NCBI GenBank assembly: GCA_022562175.1
Contig: JADFPU010000003.1
Span: forward strand, 2,608-44,609
Direction of reading: 5' to 3'
Length of the DNA: 42,002 nt
Source: Pseudomonadota bacterium
Lineage (GTDB): Bacteria; Pseudomonadota; Gammaproteobacteria; Eutrophobiales; Eutrophobiaceae
The first letter of the stretch is position 1; every line of letters starts with the position of its first letter. Below are positions 39,841 to 42,002 of this stretch, piece by piece. The position numbers and the translations under genes were made by a program. The notes beneath the pieces are model-generated. The model did not search any database. It worked only from the letters and a program-made list of their open reading frames with translations, and was not told the origin of the DNA.

Positions 39841-40584
39841 ATGGCATTATCTGATCCGCTTTTCTGGCTGATTATCCTGACAAGTTTTATTGCTACTGCG
39901 GTAAGTTCCACATTTGCGATTGGTGGCGGTTTTATCATGATCGCGGTACTAAGCAGTGTGTTGCCTATTTCGGCTATCGTACCGATACACAGTATCCTCA
40001 TGATAGGTCTGTCAATTTCACGTACCTGGTATTTCAGGCGACATATCCTGTGGGTTATCGTCGTACCTTTCATCGTTGGCAGTGCCATTGGCGTCTCCGC
40101 TGGCGCAAGCATCTATGTTGATCTACCAGACGCCTTTATTGCAGCAGCAATCGGCGCTTTGATGTTGGCAGCTGTCTGGTTCCCGGCAATAAACTGGAGG
40201 CCTGCGATCCCGCAGCCTTTTTTCTGGCTCGGCATTATCCATTCTTTTTTGTCAACCTTATTTACCTTTGGCGGCCTGTTTCAACCACTGATGGTGCGTA
40301 CCCGCATGGAGAAAATGCAGATCACGGCAACACTTGCTGCGGGTCTGCTGGGTATGAATATTTTTAAAGTAACAGGCTACAAAACTTTTGGATTTGATTA
40401 CAGCCCTTATATCCTGCTTGCCTGTTTGTCGATACTGGCGTCACTGCCGGGCGCCTGGATGGGCAGGCATTTCGTACAAAGAGTGCCTGATCATATGTTC
40501 CGATTTATTTTTAAACTGCTTATTACCTTGTTTGCAATTAGATTACTCTACCATGCCTGGGATATTAGCGACTTTGTAATGTAA
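39841..40584 (+). CDS. TauE/SafE (TSUP) family exporter
   Basis: About 8 TMs, GGG motif in the first loop, two-repeat layout. Confidence 0.82.
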   Translation: MALSDPLFWLIILTSFIATAVSSTFAIGGGFIMIAVLSSVLPISAIVPIHSILMIGLSISRTWYFRRHILWVIVVPFIVGSAIGVSAGASIYVDLPDAFIAAAIGALMLAAVWFPAINWRPAIPQPFFWLGIIHSFLSTLFTFGGLFQPLMVRTRMEKMQITATLAAGLLGMNIFKVTGYKTFGFDYSPYILLACLSILASLPGAWMGRHFVQRVPDHMFRFIFKLLITLFAIRLLYHAWDISDFVM

Positions 40585-40688
40585 CGATGTAATGACCATG
40601 TATATCAACCCGAACAATCATGTACACGATGGTGGCCGTGCAAGTTCCATTATGGAAAAGGGGGCAGTGGCTGAGATCGCCAGCATGT

Positions 40689-41117
40689 TCAGGTCAGGCG
40701 CTCAAGCGCGGCGCCGGAATCGAGGATACGGCGGACTTCATCCGCGGCGGTTTGCACGGATTGGTGGCGGCGCAGGTGCCACAGGCAAATCGATGCGGTA
40801 AATACCAGCGCCTCGCGGGTCGGGCCGGGCTTGCCGGTCAGTGCGTCCTTGCCGGTCTGTACCGACGCCTCGGCCAACGCGCTGGTATCACGGCTCTGCG
40901 CGTGAATCTGGTCGCGCGTATTCGCGGCTATCTTGACGTGTTCGGGGATCGGGGTGGTACGTACCGGCTGGTTGATCGCGAGGTCCGCGGGATCGATGTC
41001 CGTATACTGTTCTTCGCCATGGTCATGGTAATAAAAAATCCGTCCGGTTTTCTGCAGTGACGGTACGATACCGCCCTCAACGCCACGCACGATCAACGCC
41101 GAGTCGAAATCTGCATC
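40689..41117 (-). pseudogene. C-terminal fragment of an anthranilate phosphoribosyltransferase-like (glycosyltransferase family 3) gene
   Basis: FDSALIVRGVEGG...ALTGKPGPTREAL...ILDSGAALERL. The 5' part is replaced by intron sequence. GC-rich (38/60 and 39/60 G+C in lines 40681 and 40741). Confidence 0.65.
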
Positions 41118-41730
41118 CAGTGGATGCGTCGACAGCATCCAGGCATACCGTTTGAGCGGTATGCGGATGATGTTGTTTGCCACTGTCGCAGCGAAAAAGA
41201 AGCTCAGACCTTGTAGGTAGAACTGAGAGATAGATTGGCTAACTGCAAGCTGCAGTTACATCCTATCAAGACTCAGATTGTGTACTGCAAGGACGGTAAG
41301 CGTCGAGGTAAGTACTCTCGTACTCGCTTTGATTTTCTGGGGTTCAGCTTCCATGCGCGTTCTGTGCAGGATCGGCAGGGTAATTTATTTGTTGGATTCA
41401 ACCCGGCGGTTAACCGGGCTGCTTTAAAACGAATGAATCAGGCAATCCGTAATCTTAACTTACATCGTTACACCTCTCTCCCACTGATGGATCTAGCGAA
41501 ACGTCTTAATCCCTTGGTGCGGGGTTGGGTTGCGTATTACGGGTCATTCTACCCGGAACCGCTGCGATGGTTTCTGATCAGAATTGATCTGAGGTTAGGG
41601 TGCTGGGCAAAGAACAAGTACAAACGGTTGCGGAGGCACAAGCGACGCTCTTGGGCTTGAGAAATGTCGTGAGACATCACCGAGATTGTTTGTACATTGG
41701 GATTACATCTACTTGAAGGGCGTTGGATAA
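41118..41730 (+). pseudogene. ltrA: Group II intron reverse transcriptase/maturase fragment
   Basis: QWMRRQHPGIPFERYADD (YADD at 41160-41171), in-frame TAG at 41214, LHPIKT, FDFLGF and RGWVAYY. A frameshift near 41656 continues as LEKCRETSPRLFVHW to TAA at 41730. Confidence 0.9.
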
Positions 41731-41807
41731 GAAGAGCCGGATGAAGCGAGAGTTTCACGTCCGGTTCTGTGAGAGCCTGGAGGGGAGGTTCTTCCGGGCG
41801 ACTCGAC
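41118..41807 (+). mobile_element. 5'-truncated, decayed group II intron (probably bacterial class D)
   Basis: RT/maturase remnant followed by domain V GAGCCGGATGAAGCGAGAGTTTCACGTCCGGTTC (41734-41767) and domain VI ending GACTCGAC at 41807. Confidence 0.92.
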
Positions 41808-42002
41808 TCTAATACAAAGGAGACGTTCGCATTTTCATCAAACACCTGCATTCGCATGACTAAAAGTGTATAAAAGCTGACAAAGCGTCGATATTCTTTA
41901 CACTTTTGAAATATTTCCTGAATCACGCTAAGTCATTATTATTATAAAGGTTTTTAATGTGAACTCCATCACACACCTCATTTGGGATGTCGGAATATTT
42001 TA

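Noticed and set aside
40592-41183. Plus-strand ORFs at 40592 and 40620, and the first ~22 residues of the 40689-41183 ORF
   Set aside because: These are antisense readings of the TrpD-like fragment and of the RT YADD region.
41549-41926. 125-aa minus-strand ORF
   Set aside because: It is antisense to intron domains V and VI and has no recognisable protein motif.
41862-41950. 9-bp inverted repeat (AAAAGTGTA/TACACTTTT) and GCTAAGTCATT, reminiscent of integrative-element ends
   Set aside because: Short, AT-rich and at the window edge, with no integrase or tRNA visible to support it.

Overview
A 42 kb window from a probably aquatic Gammaproteobacterium (host inferred from protein families). Left part: a methylcitrate operon (prpB-prpC-prpD) runs into ppdK, which is cut by the window edge. 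It is preceded by a truncated GntR/PrpR remnant and interrupted by a GGA-hairpin-rich repeat. Then come a 2Fe-2S ferredoxin, a quinone oxidoreductase, bioA, a ferredoxin reductase, a DMT transporter, etfBA and lhgO. Centre (14.8-28.1 kb, minus strand): a 12-gene envelope cluster that I do not recognise as characterised and consider the best candidate for a new system. It encodes one MotA/TolQ/ExbB channel and two vWA proteins with ExbD/MotB-like Asp-bearing membrane anchors. It also encodes a degenerate Hsp70/actin-fold protein with an FHA-like domain, a PEGA-FGE protein, TPR proteins, a periplasmic TPR-TonB-C protein, a small secreted protein and four lipoproteins. It looks like an ion-driven 5:2 motor that uses vWA domains as the periplasmic output. 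Right part: a D-2-hydroxyacid dehydrogenase, fadE, a membrane protein, a decayed tRNA-Met 3' half, an orphan prsT, hisN, two H4MPT/methylofuran-type ATP-grasp genes and a TauE exporter. Near the end is a junction between a 5'-truncated TrpD-like gene and a 5'-truncated, decayed group II intron. All calls come from manual reading; no database searches were run.
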